53,269 nucleotides of DNA, from assembly GCA_041739935.1 (NCBI GenBank), contig JBGSMX010000007.1:1-53269 (forward strand), read 5' to 3'. Source of the stretch: Coriobacteriia bacterium. Lineage in GTDB: Bacteria > Actinomycetota > Coriobacteriia > Anaerosomatales > JAGXFU01. The notes beneath the pieces were generated by a model. It was not told the origin of the DNA and searched no databases. It worked only from the letters and a program-made list of their open reading frames with translations. Shown here in pieces: positions 26,484 through 35,370 of the stretch (position 1 is its first letter; each line of letters opens with the position of its first letter). The position numbers and the translations under genes are program-made.

Positions 26484-27268
26484 TGATGACCTACACCATG
26501 GAGAGGCACGACGACCTCAAGGCAGCCGTCTTTCACGTAGACGGAGACATCGACATCGCGATGGTCCCCGAGTTTCGCGAGGCAATCGAATCGCTCCTCG
26601 AGAGCGGGATCATCAATGTCGTCGTCGACTTGGGCGGCGTGACATACGCGGACTCCTCGGCGCTCGGACTTCTGGTGTGGCTCGACGGCCGACTGCGGGA
26701 TATCCATGGCAGGATCATGCTGTCTGGTGCCAATCGGAATGTGGCACGGATTCTGGAGATATCGGGGCTCGTGGCCGTTGCTCCGACGCTCTCGTCATCC
26801 GGGAGCGTGAGCGAGGCGCTCGGCGGACTTGAGGCCTTCCGCCGCGACTCGCGGCATCTGTGGTCGGAGAGCCTGAGCGTGCGCGCCGATGTCGAGGAGC
26901 TTGCTGCGGTCAGGGAGATGGTCAGTTCCCTCATCGTTCCTCTACACTTCTCGGAAGCATCTTCGTTCGACATCAAGGTCGCATTGGGAGAGGCGCTTGC
27001 CAACGCAGTGCGCCATGGCTCCTCGGGCGCTTCCAAGCAGATCGGGGTTACGATCGATGCCTTCGATGACCGCGTCGTCGTCCGGGTCGAGGACACCGGG
27101 TGCGGCTTCGACGGAGAGCACGCGTGCAGTGATGATCTCTACGCTTCAGGCGGGCGCGGCATAATGTTCATGAAAGCCCTCATGGATAGGGTTGAGTTCG
27201 AACCCGCCGAAGATGGGGGTACGATTGTCACCTTGGTGAAGCACCGGACCACGGTCGAACAGGACTGA
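26480..27268 (+). CDS. Fusion of a STAS anti-sigma-factor antagonist domain (RsbV/SpoIIAA-like) with an RsbW/SpoIIAB-like serine kinase (HATPase_c_2) domain
   Basis: ATGA overlap with the phosphatase stop. The N-half reads VDGDIDIAMVPEFREAI...VVVDLGGVTYADSSALGLLV (DSS phospho-site motif). The C-half reads EALANAVRHG (N box), VEDTGCGFD, GGRGIMFMKALMD. Confidence 0.8.
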   Translation: MMMTYTMERHDDLKAAVFHVDGDIDIAMVPEFREAIESLLESGIINVVVDLGGVTYADSSALGLLVWLDGRLRDIHGRIMLSGANRNVARILEISGLVAVAPTLSSSGSVSEALGGLEAFRRDSRHLWSESLSVRADVEELAAVREMVSSLIVPLHFSEASSFDIKVALGEALANAVRHGSSGASKQIGVTIDAFDDRVVVRVEDTGCGFDGEHACSDDLYASGGRGIMFMKALMDRVEFEPAEDGGTIVTLVKHRTTVEQD

Positions 27269-27321
27269 GAGCAACGCTCCCGTCCGGACCTCGGCCGATG
27301 CACTCGGGAAGGCTGGGGTAG

Positions 27322-28428
27322 GTGGTAGACGTCAAGCGAGTACTCATCTTCTCGGCATCATTCGGTGGTGGACATCGTTCTGCTGCCGAGGCGCTCAGAC
27401 GCTACTACGAGGCACACTATCCCGATGAGATCGAGGTCAAAGTCGTCGACTTCTTTGACGAGTTCGTCCCGAGCCTCAACGTCCTGGCGAAGTTCGCGTA
27501 CCAGCAGTCGGTCCAGTTCTTCCCGGCTGCGTACGGTACGTTTTTCGAGCTATCGAACAAACTGCCGACCAACCCGGTTGTTCACGAGCTAAAGCTCATG
27601 GGCATGGCCCGGGCCCAGGCGCAGATCGACGAGTTTCATCCCGATGCCGTCATTTCCACGTTTCCCGTGGCGGGAGGCGTGGTTGCCGACATCAAGCGCG
27701 ATCGTCGGCTGGTTTCTGCCACCGTCATCACCGACTTTGGCGCGCATCGCACGTGGCTGCATCCGGCGACGGACATCTATTTTGTCGCGTGTAAGGAAGT
27801 GCGTGAGGACCTGGTGGTGCGGGGGATTCCCTGGGAAAGAGTGGTCGTTTCAGGTATTCCGATCCATGAGCGGTTCAGCGTCCCGCTTGAGCGTGCGGAG
27901 TGTCGCAAGGACTTTGGCCTGGCGGATCGCTTCACCGTGCTGCTGACTTCGGTCGCGGGCACTCCGGGAGACGTGAAGGACCTGACACGACAGCTGCTTG
28001 CCATGGGTGTGCAGGTTGCCGCTGTCGCGGGACGCAGCGAACGGCTCAAGAAGCGTCTCGAGAGCCTCGAGAAGGACTCGGACCTTGTGAAGGTCTTCGG
28101 TTTTGTCGAGGATATGCATAGAATGATGAGAGCGGCGGATGTTCTCGTGGGGAAGGCGGGGGGTCTAACCGTTTCGGAGTCCCTGGCAATGCAGTTGCCC
28201 CTCATCATCTACAATCCGGTTCCGGGGCAGGAGATCTACAATGTTGATTTCCTTGTGAACTACGGGGCAGGGTTGTTGTCACGTGATGAAGAAGATGTAG
28301 TCGAAAAGGTGAGGTTCTTGTCGACTCACCCGGAGCGCATCGCCCAGATGAATGAGAACGCCGGGCTCATCGGGAAGCCCGGTGCCGCGCAGACGGTGTG
28401 CGAGCGAGTGCGCGCGGCCCTGTTGTAG
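27322..28428 (+). CDS. MGDG-synthase/GT28-family glycosyltransferase (UgtP-like diacylglycerol glycosyltransferase)
   Basis: 368 aa. The N-terminal VLIFSASFGGGHRSAAEAL motif and the C-terminal GKAGGLTVSESLAMQLPLIIYNPVPGQE block are typical of this family. Confidence 0.8.
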   Translation: MVDVKRVLIFSASFGGGHRSAAEALRRYYEAHYPDEIEVKVVDFFDEFVPSLNVLAKFAYQQSVQFFPAAYGTFFELSNKLPTNPVVHELKLMGMARAQAQIDEFHPDAVISTFPVAGGVVADIKRDRRLVSATVITDFGAHRTWLHPATDIYFVACKEVREDLVVRGIPWERVVVSGIPIHERFSVPLERAECRKDFGLADRFTVLLTSVAGTPGDVKDLTRQLLAMGVQVAAVAGRSERLKKRLESLEKDSDLVKVFGFVEDMHRMMRAADVLVGKAGGLTVSESLAMQLPLIIYNPVPGQEIYNVDFLVNYGAGLLSRDEEDVVEKVRFLSTHPERIAQMNENAGLIGKPGAAQTVCERVRAALL

Positions 28429-28450
28429 AGGTATCGAGGTGGAGGCGGTC

Positions 28451-29023
28451 ATGGAACTGTTCGAGGCCATCATGAAGCGGCACTCGGTCCGATCATTCAA
28501 AGCAGACCCCGTACCGCGTGAGATGCTCGACCGCCTGTTCCTCGCCGCTTCGCAAGCGCCGTCTTCCATGAACGAGCAGCCGTGGCACTTCTTCGTCGCC
28601 TCCGGCGAATCGCGTGTGGCTGTTGGCGAGATCATGGCTCAGAGCACGAGCTATCTCGAGGAGTACATGAAGCTGATCGGTCATGAGGCGACCGATGAAG
28701 CGATGCGCTGGTACAGCGAACTCGGTGGTGCTCCCGTTCTCATCGCCTGCACGATGCCGCGGGTCGACGATGAGTTCGCCCGGCTGAACAAGCACATCGC
28801 CATGGGAGGTGCGACCGAGAACCTGCTGCTGGCAGCAACGGAGCAGGAACTCGGCGCGTGCAGTATCACGTTCTCGTATTGGGTCAACGATCAGATCGCC
28901 ACCGCGCTCGGGATTCCGGACGACCGGGTGATCGTGTGCATGATCGTGCTCGGATTCCCGGGTGCCGCTGCAGGGGAGAGTGGACCACCGAAATCCCACG
29001 ACGTGGTCACGTACCTCGACTGA
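28451..29023 (+). CDS. Nitroreductase-family protein
   Basis: ATG 28451 follows GAGGTGGAGG. MELFEAIMKRHSVRSFK...APSSMNEQPWHF is the classic nitroreductase N-terminus. Confidence 0.85.
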   Translation: MELFEAIMKRHSVRSFKADPVPREMLDRLFLAASQAPSSMNEQPWHFFVASGESRVAVGEIMAQSTSYLEEYMKLIGHEATDEAMRWYSELGGAPVLIACTMPRVDDEFARLNKHIAMGGATENLLLAATEQELGACSITFSYWVNDQIATALGIPDDRVIVCMIVLGFPGAAAGESGPPKSHDVVTYLD

Positions 29024-29026
29024 CGT

Positions 29027-29725
29027 ATGCATCGAGCGGTCTTCTTCGACGTAGGGAACACCCTGCTGTTTCCGTATCCCAGCGTCTCCGAGGTATGCCG
29101 TCAGGTGCTTGCCCGAGCGGGCCATGTTCGCGACCTGCACGCAATCGACGCCCTCATGCCCATGGTCGATGCGTACTACGAGGACCGCTATCGTGACGAC
29201 GACACCTTCTGGACTGACGAAGGTGAGACGTCCGGCGTGTGGGTCGGAATGTACTCGCTTCTTTGCCGCGAACTCGGGCTCCATCAAACTGCCGAGGAAC
29301 TCGCTCGACAGGTCTACGAGGAGTTCGGGGACCCGGAGCGCTGGCGCGCGTACGACGACGTTGTGCCGGCGTTGCGCAGGCTCAAGTCCGCAGGGGTGCG
29401 GACGGGGATCATCTCGAACTGGGACGGTCGGCTCGCACAGATACTGGAAGGGTTGGGCCTGGCCCCGTTCCTCGACACGATCGTCTCATCGGCGCAGGTC
29501 GGCTTGCACAAGCCCGACCCTCGCATCTTCGAACTCGCGTGCGAGCGACTGGGCGTGAGGCCTGACCAGGCGGCGCACGTCGGAGATCATCATTACGCGG
29601 ACGTCGTAGGAGCCACAGCAGTGGGTATGACTGCAGTACTGATCGACCGGCACTCGAATCCGGTAGAGGCGACGTCCATCGCGTCGCTCGATGATCTCGA
29701 GGCGGCCCTGGGCTGGAAGGGGTAA
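29027..29725 (+). CDS. HAD-superfamily hydrolase (subfamily IA)
   Basis: 232 aa. Motif I FFDVGNTL, motif II ISNW, and C-terminal HVGDHHYADV (motif IV) are present. Confidence 0.8.
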   Translation: MHRAVFFDVGNTLLFPYPSVSEVCRQVLARAGHVRDLHAIDALMPMVDAYYEDRYRDDDTFWTDEGETSGVWVGMYSLLCRELGLHQTAEELARQVYEEFGDPERWRAYDDVVPALRRLKSAGVRTGIISNWDGRLAQILEGLGLAPFLDTIVSSAQVGLHKPDPRIFELACERLGVRPDQAAHVGDHHYADVVGATAVGMTAVLIDRHSNPVEATSIASLDDLEAALGWKG

Positions 29726-29729
29726 GTGC

Positions 29730-31463
29730 ATGGTGTTCAGGCGGCTTGCGTGGATCGCAGGGATTCTCGCGCTGATTGTGGGCTTGGGCACCGCCTATGC
29801 AGCGTACTTGCTGGCGGACTATTCATGGAGCCAGGTAGTCGAATACCGCACTCCTTTCGGAGACTACGACCGGCAGTGGACCGAGGAGTTCGACGCACGT
29901 CCTGTCGTTGAGTCGTCAGACACATCGACCACCCCCAGGGTCGTGCTCGTGCTGATCGATGGTCTGACCCTTCAAGCGTCCCGCGACTTGATGAACTCGC
30001 TCAACACCGCCCGGGAGTATGGAGCCGACATGGTTGCGGTCACACCGCAACCCTCACTGTCCTATCCCACGTGGACAAACGTGGTCTCCGGCGCTCCACC
30101 CGACATCAGCGGCGTCTCGACGAACTGGTTCGAGGGGAAAGTGCCAGTTGAGACGATCTTCGACGCTCTCTATCCCCGGCCGATGATCGTCTCGGCTACG
30201 GAGGATTTCGACCAGCTCTACGGCGTGAGCGATGTCGCGAGCCAGGTGTACCTCGAACCATGGGATGACACGCGCTACCTGGGAGGCATCCTGGTGGATG
30301 AGGCCCTCAACATGGCCGGGGAATCGAATGCAGCCCTCACCTTCGTCTACATCCCGGACGCGGACGAGATTGCGCACGAGCACGGTCCTGAGTCCGATGA
30401 GTACGCCGAGGTAGTCGGCCGGATCGACCGTGATGTGCAGCGGCTGGTGGAGGGCATGCAAGACGATCGCACGATGTTCGTGGTCACTGCCGACCACGGG
30501 CACATCGACGGCGGAGGACACGGGGGTTGGGAGCCGGAGGCGACGCGGATCGCTGCGGTGTTCTTCGGACCGGGCGCTCGCTATGACGCCGGGGAGATCT
30601 CACAATCTGATATCGCCCCCACCATCGCCGCGGTGCTCGATGCCGATGTCCCCGCCTGGACCACCGGGCGCGTACTCAACACGATCGTCGAAATTGACGA
30701 CGTGGCATATGCTGACGCGCAGGCGAGCTACCGGGAGTTCGCGGAACTCTATGCCGAGGTACTCGACGGTTCGAGCTCGCAAATCGGCGGAGCCTCGACT
30801 TACGACGAGATCGACGGGGCGCTCGCTGACGTACGTGCCCAGCGCATGGAGCTGGATCAGGCGGCCCGGATGCCCACTGCCCTGCTGATCGCGGCCGCCG
30901 CCCTGGCAGTACTCGTCGTGCTTGCGGGGCTTTCATGGCGCGCATTCCTAGGTGCGATGGCGGGTGCTGTCGCGTACTACGCGGTCTATAACGGGCTCTA
31001 CTTCGGGGTTCACGGGCATCAGTGGTCGCTATCTGCCTTCAACACCGAGAAGTACATCGAGGCTTTCTTCAACACGCGCATGATCGAGGCTGCCGTTGCC
31101 GGACTCGTCGCAGCACTTGTGGCGGCCCTGGTCTACGCGGCACTCAGGCGCGATCCGAAAGGCCCTCGCTCGTCGTACCTTGGGGGATGGCTCGCCCTTG
31201 GACCGGCGACCGTACTCGCCATTCAGGCCACGCTCGTGTTGCAGGTTGCCTGGTTCCTGTGGGCGTGGGGAGCTGAGTTGACGTGGAGATTGCCCGATCT
31301 CAGGTGGGGTTTCAAGTACGACCTCGACCTGATCCAGATTACGGGGCTAGCCGTTGCCGCCCTGCTCTCCCCGCTGGTAACGTACCTGGTCGGGCGGTAT
31401 CATCCGAAGGTGCGCCGCGCCGAAGCCGGAATTGCCGGGGACTCACCACGCGCGGACGCGTAA
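29730..31463 (+). CDS. Membrane-bound alkaline-phosphatase-superfamily enzyme (type I phosphodiesterase/nucleotide pyrophosphatase-like) with C-terminal polytopic domain
   Basis: 577 aa from ATG 29730. An N-terminal TM precedes the catalytic blocks LVLIDGL, SYPTWTNVVSGAPP, DEIAHEHG and VTADHGHIDGGGHGG. About five C-terminal TM helices follow. Confidence 0.7.
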   Translation: MVFRRLAWIAGILALIVGLGTAYAAYLLADYSWSQVVEYRTPFGDYDRQWTEEFDARPVVESSDTSTTPRVVLVLIDGLTLQASRDLMNSLNTAREYGADMVAVTPQPSLSYPTWTNVVSGAPPDISGVSTNWFEGKVPVETIFDALYPRPMIVSATEDFDQLYGVSDVASQVYLEPWDDTRYLGGILVDEALNMAGESNAALTFVYIPDADEIAHEHGPESDEYAEVVGRIDRDVQRLVEGMQDDRTMFVVTADHGHIDGGGHGGWEPEATRIAAVFFGPGARYDAGEISQSDIAPTIAAVLDADVPAWTTGRVLNTIVEIDDVAYADAQASYREFAELYAEVLDGSSSQIGGASTYDEIDGALADVRAQRMELDQAARMPTALLIAAAALAVLVVLAGLSWRAFLGAMAGAVAYYAVYNGLYFGVHGHQWSLSAFNTEKYIEAFFNTRMIEAAVAGLVAALVAALVYAALRRDPKGPRSSYLGGWLALGPATVLAIQATLVLQVAWFLWAWGAELTWRLPDLRWGFKYDLDLIQITGLAVAALLSPLVTYLVGRYHPKVRRAEAGIAGDSPRADA

Positions 31464-31491
31464 ACTCACCTGACCCGAGAGGGGAGCGCGC

Positions 31492-32985
31492 GTGGCGTTC
31501 AAGGACCTCCGTGATTTCATCGCCCTGCTCGAGAGCAAGGGCCAGCTCACGCGCATAAGCGCCGAGGTTGACCCGTACCTTGAGATCGGCGAGATCACCG
31601 ACCGAGTCAGCAAGGTGACCGGGCCGGCGCTGCTGTTCGAGAATCCGGTGAACCGCGCGACGGGCGAGCCGTACGGCATGCCGGTCGTGATCAACCTGAT
31701 GGGCAGCTACGACCGCATGGCCTGGGCGCTGGGCGTGGACGCTGAGACCGGCACATGGCGTGATTTGGACGCAGTGGCCAAACGGCTCATGGACCTGATC
31801 CCGCTCGACCTGCCCGCATCCATGAAGGGCAAGCTCGATGCGCTGGTGGGCCTGAAGGACCTGGCGACGGCTGGTGCCAAAGAGGTCAAGCAGGGCAAGG
31901 CGCCGTGCCAGCAGGTGGTGCTTCGTGGCGATCAGGTGGATCTGACCAAGCTCCCGGTGCTCACCACATGGCCGGAGGACGGCGGTCCTTTCGTGACGCT
32001 TCCGCTCGTGGTGACCAGCAACCTCAAGGGCCGCATGAACGTGGGCATGTACCGGCTGCAGGTCTTCGACGAGACGACGACCGGTCTCCATATCCACGAG
32101 CACCACGATGGCGCGAAGAACCTGAGGGAGTGGGTTGCTGCGGGCCACGAACGAGTCCCGGTTTCGGTTGCCCTGGGCGCCGATCCGGCGACCATCTTCT
32201 CGGCCACCGCGCCGGTGCCGCCCATGATCGACGAGTACCTGTTCAGTGGCATCGTGACGGGCGAGTCCGTCGAAGTCGTCAAGTGCCTCACCAACGATCT
32301 GCTCGTTCCCGCGCGTGCGGAGATCGTGCTGGAAGGCTGGTGCGACCCGGCAGAGACGCGCTGGGAGGGTCCGTTCGGCGACCACACCGGCTACTACTCG
32401 CTTGCTGACAACTTCCCGGTCTTCCACGTCGAGGCCATCACCATGCGTCGCGACCCGATCTACCCGACGACGATCGTCGGGCAGCCACCCATGGAAGACT
32501 GCTACCTGGGCAAGGCCACCGAGAGGCTGTTCCTGCCCGTGATTCGCGCCATGATGCCCGAGGTCATCGACTACGACCTGCCACTCGAGGGCGTATTCCA
32601 CAACTGCGCTATCTTCCAGATTCGCAAGGAGTTTGCCGGCCAGGCGCAGCGCGTCATGAATTTCGCCTGGTCGATGGGCCAGATGATGTTCACCAAGTAC
32701 GTCATCGTGGTCGACGAGGACGTGGACTGCCACGACTACAGTCAGGTCGCCTGGCGCTGCTTCAACAACGTCGATCCGAGCCGCGACATACTCATCACCA
32801 AGGGCCCACTCGACCGGCTCGATCACTCCAGCAACTTCGAGAGCTTCGGTTTCAAGATGGGAATCGACGCAACCAAACCGCTGCCGAGCGAAGGCCACAC
32901 CCGCGAGTGGCCGGAAGCGATGGTCATGACCGACGAGGTCAAGGCGCGCGTCGATGCCCTCTGGAACGAGCTCGGGCTTGAGTAA
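31492..32985 (+). CDS. ubiD: UbiD-family (prFMN-dependent) decarboxylase, menaquinone/ubiquinone-type
   Basis: 497 aa. FKDLRDFIALLESKGQLTRI..., PLVVTSN..GRMNVGMYR and GPFGDHTGYY are UbiD signatures. Confidence 0.9.
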   Translation: MAFKDLRDFIALLESKGQLTRISAEVDPYLEIGEITDRVSKVTGPALLFENPVNRATGEPYGMPVVINLMGSYDRMAWALGVDAETGTWRDLDAVAKRLMDLIPLDLPASMKGKLDALVGLKDLATAGAKEVKQGKAPCQQVVLRGDQVDLTKLPVLTTWPEDGGPFVTLPLVVTSNLKGRMNVGMYRLQVFDETTTGLHIHEHHDGAKNLREWVAAGHERVPVSVALGADPATIFSATAPVPPMIDEYLFSGIVTGESVEVVKCLTNDLLVPARAEIVLEGWCDPAETRWEGPFGDHTGYYSLADNFPVFHVEAITMRRDPIYPTTIVGQPPMEDCYLGKATERLFLPVIRAMMPEVIDYDLPLEGVFHNCAIFQIRKEFAGQAQRVMNFAWSMGQMMFTKYVIVVDEDVDCHDYSQVAWRCFNNVDPSRDILITKGPLDRLDHSSNFESFGFKMGIDATKPLPSEGHTREWPEAMVMTDEVKARVDALWNELGLE

Positions 32986-33856
32986 GCTCGCCGAGAAGAC
33001 CCGCATCTTGCTCGAACTCGTGAAGTTCGAGCACTCGATCTTCGCGTTGCCGTACGCCTACATCGGGGCGCTGTATGGTGTCGCCCAGGTTGGACGTGCC
33101 TGGCCTTCGATGGCCGATATCCTCTGGATCACGATTGTCATGGTGGGTGCCCGCGCGTTTGCGTTCGTGGTCAACCGCGCAGCGGACAAAGAGATCGACG
33201 CGCGCAATCCCCGCACCGCCGGGCGAGCCGTGCCCGCGGGTCTCATCAAGGCGCGGGAGCTGTGGGCCTTCGCGGTCGTGATGCTCGCGGGCTACCTGTT
33301 TGGCGTGTGGCAGCTGGCGCCCATAACCCGCTGGCTGTGGCCCATTCCGCTCATCGCGTTCGTGATCTACCCGTACACGAAGCGTTTCACGCCGCTGTGC
33401 CACTACTGGCTGGGCCTGTGTCTGGGCCTGGCGCCTGTTGGCGGCTGGGTTGCGGTGGGCGGGCCGATCGGGCATCCCGCACCCTGGGTACTCGGGCTTG
33501 CGGTCCTGCTGTGGACCGCCGGCTTCGACATCATCTACGCGACCCAGGACGTCGCGTGCGATGTGCGCGACAAGATCCACTCGATGCCGGCGGACTACGG
33601 CATCGAGCGCGCGCTCGTGCAGACGCGCATCTCGCATGCCCTCACGGTGGTCCTGCTGGCGCTTGGCGGCTATCTGGCCGGTGCGGGATGGCCATGGTTC
33701 GCGGGAGCGGGTCTGGCCGCAGCGCTGCTGTGGTATGAGAACAGCATCGTGAAAGCCCGCGACCTGTCGCGCGTGAATGCCGCATTCTTCACCGTAAACG
33801 GAGTGATCGCAGTCATCGTGTTTGTCGGCGCACTTGCGGATCGTGCGTTGGCGTAA
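32954..33856 (+). CDS. ubiA: UbiA-family aromatic prenyltransferase
   Basis: 300 aa, polytopic, with NRAADKEIDARNPRT (NxxxDxxxD) and a second Asp-rich motif YATQDVACD. The start is uncertain (ATG 32954 or TTG 32978, both overlapping the ubiD end). Confidence 0.85.
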   Translation: MPSGTSSGLSKLAEKTRILLELVKFEHSIFALPYAYIGALYGVAQVGRAWPSMADILWITIVMVGARAFAFVVNRAADKEIDARNPRTAGRAVPAGLIKARELWAFAVVMLAGYLFGVWQLAPITRWLWPIPLIAFVIYPYTKRFTPLCHYWLGLCLGLAPVGGWVAVGGPIGHPAPWVLGLAVLLWTAGFDIIYATQDVACDVRDKIHSMPADYGIERALVQTRISHALTVVLLALGGYLAGAGWPWFAGAGLAAALLWYENSIVKARDLSRVNAAFFTVNGVIAVIVFVGALADRALA

Positions 33857-33868
33857 GGAAGGGGAACC

Positions 33869-34465
33869 ATGGCTCGCTATGCAGTCGTCATCACAGGAGC
33901 GTCGGGCAGTGCGTACGGCCTACGCCTCATAGAACAACTGCTCGTGCACGGACACGAGGTCGCGGTCACGATGACCGAGGCCGGCCGCGATGTCACTGCG
34001 TACGAAGTCGGCTTCGAACTACCTGCCGAGGAGCCCGCACGCACTCTGCTGCAATTCCTCGAGCTGCCGCACGACGCGCCACTGCGGTATGCGTGCCCGA
34101 ACGACTTGTTCGATCCCATGGCGAGCGGATCTCACCTCTCAGATGGGACGATCGTGTGCCCGGCCAGCATGGGCTTCTGTGCGAGCGTGGCGGCTGGTCT
34201 GGCCAGTGACCTGCCCGAGCGCGTCGCCGATGTGATGCTCAAGGAGCGCAGACCGCTCGTGCTCGTTCCGCGCGAAACGCCGCTTTCGCTCGTCCATCTG
34301 CGGAACCTGACGACGCTCGCGGAGGCCGGTGCCGTGATCCTTCCAGCGATGCCCGCGTTCTATCAGAGGCCGGAGACACTGGACGATGCCGTGAACTTCG
34401 TGGTCGGCAAGGTGCTCGACACCCTGGGCATCGACCACGACCTGTTCGGTCGGTGGGGCGAGTGA
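33869..34465 (+). CDS. ubiX: UbiX-family flavin prenyltransferase
   Basis: 198 aa with the VVITGASGSAYGLRLIEQL N-terminus and VLVPRETPLSLVHLRN. Confidence 0.9.
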   Translation: MARYAVVITGASGSAYGLRLIEQLLVHGHEVAVTMTEAGRDVTAYEVGFELPAEEPARTLLQFLELPHDAPLRYACPNDLFDPMASGSHLSDGTIVCPASMGFCASVAAGLASDLPERVADVMLKERRPLVLVPRETPLSLVHLRNLTTLAEAGAVILPAMPAFYQRPETLDDAVNFVVGKVLDTLGIDHDLFGRWGE

Positions 34466-34971
34466 GCGGTCCCCGGTCCCCTCAGGGATCTGCGGGCTCA
34501 CCCGGCAACCTGGCCCGTCGCTTGACCGGCTGGACCCGATATCTGGTGATGCTGCCCGTCCTAGGGTTGTTCGTGGGTGCGACGACCCTGTTCATCGTCG
34601 CGAGTGTCGAGAGTATCGCGGTGGTGTCGCACACGATATCGGCCGAGGTGTCCGAGAAGGAGGCGGTGCTCGCCTTCATCGAGCTCGCGGACGTCTACTT
34701 GCTCGCCACCGTGCTCTACATCATGTCGCTGGGCCTGTTCGAGTTGTTCATCGACGATCAGCTACCGCTCCCTGCCTGGCTCGAGATCCACACGCTCGAT
34801 GACCTGAAAGAGAAACTCGTAGGTGTTGTGATCGTCGTGCTGGCCGTAACGTTTCTGGGGCAGGCATTGAAGGCGACAGACCCGCTGGCAATCGCATACC
34901 AGGGTCTAGGCATTGCGGTTGTGATAGCCGCGCTCTCGTACTTCCTCAGAGGGGCGCATTCGAAGCCGTGA
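34453..34971 (+). CDS. YqhA (UPF0114)-family small membrane protein
   Basis: 172 aa. The TM pattern and LGLFELFID...LPAWLEIHTLDDLKEKLVGVVIVVLAV resemble the family signature. The start is uncertain (34453, 34462 or 34549). Confidence 0.55.
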   Translation: MGRVSGPRSPQGSAGSPGNLARRLTGWTRYLVMLPVLGLFVGATTLFIVASVESIAVVSHTISAEVSEKEAVLAFIELADVYLLATVLYIMSLGLFELFIDDQLPLPAWLEIHTLDDLKEKLVGVVIVVLAVTFLGQALKATDPLAIAYQGLGIAVVIAALSYFLRGAHSKP

Positions 34972-35003
34972 AGCGCTGACAGAACGCACGTTCGGCTTGT
35001 GGG

Positions 35004-35033
35004 TTGACGTTCTCGGCGAGGTAGCGGGATAAT
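35004..35033 (+). promoter_or_regulatory. Sigma-70-type promoter candidate for the small ORF at 35110
   Basis: TTGACG (35004..35009), an 18-nt spacer, then GATAAT (35028..35033). Confidence 0.5.
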
Positions 35034-35109
35034 GCGGGTGCAGGGTCAACCGAATACAGCACACACCACACCACAGTCGTAGCAGTAGTCGTAGCAGGAG
35101 GTTTAAGTC

Positions 35110-35265
35110 ATGACCCTCTCGCAAGCGCGAAAGCGCTACCCCCTCGTGCCCGAGGAGATCGTTCGTTGGGCGCTCGAGAACATCCCTGACCCGAAAGACC
35201 AGGAACGTGGATTGTTCCGCCTGGAGCAGGCGAAGCAAGTCCAGATTCGATGGTCAGCAGCGTAA
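35110..35265 (+). CDS. Unannotated 51-aa ORF (below the ORF-track size cut-off) with weak resemblance to an excisionase/MerR-type HTH
   Basis: ATG is preceded by GCAGGAGG at 6-nt spacing. The product is MTLSQARKRYPLVPEEIVRWALENIPDPKDQERGLFRLEQAKQVQIRWSAA. Third codon positions are G/C-rich like neighbouring genes. A promoter lies upstream and a terminator downstream. Confidence 0.45.
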   Translation: MTLSQARKRYPLVPEEIVRWALENIPDPKDQERGLFRLEQAKQVQIRWSAA

Positions 35266-35370
35266 CCTTCACGTGTGATCTGCCCGGGGCGGCGTAGAGC
35301 CGACCCGGTCCTCGGCGTACTTGCCACGAGATGCCGGTCTTGGGGCGAGAATAGCCGCCGAGGAGTCAGC

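Noticed and set aside
31339-33006. 555-aa minus-strand ORF
   Set aside because: It is antisense to ubiD and has no motifs. It is a shadow ORF.
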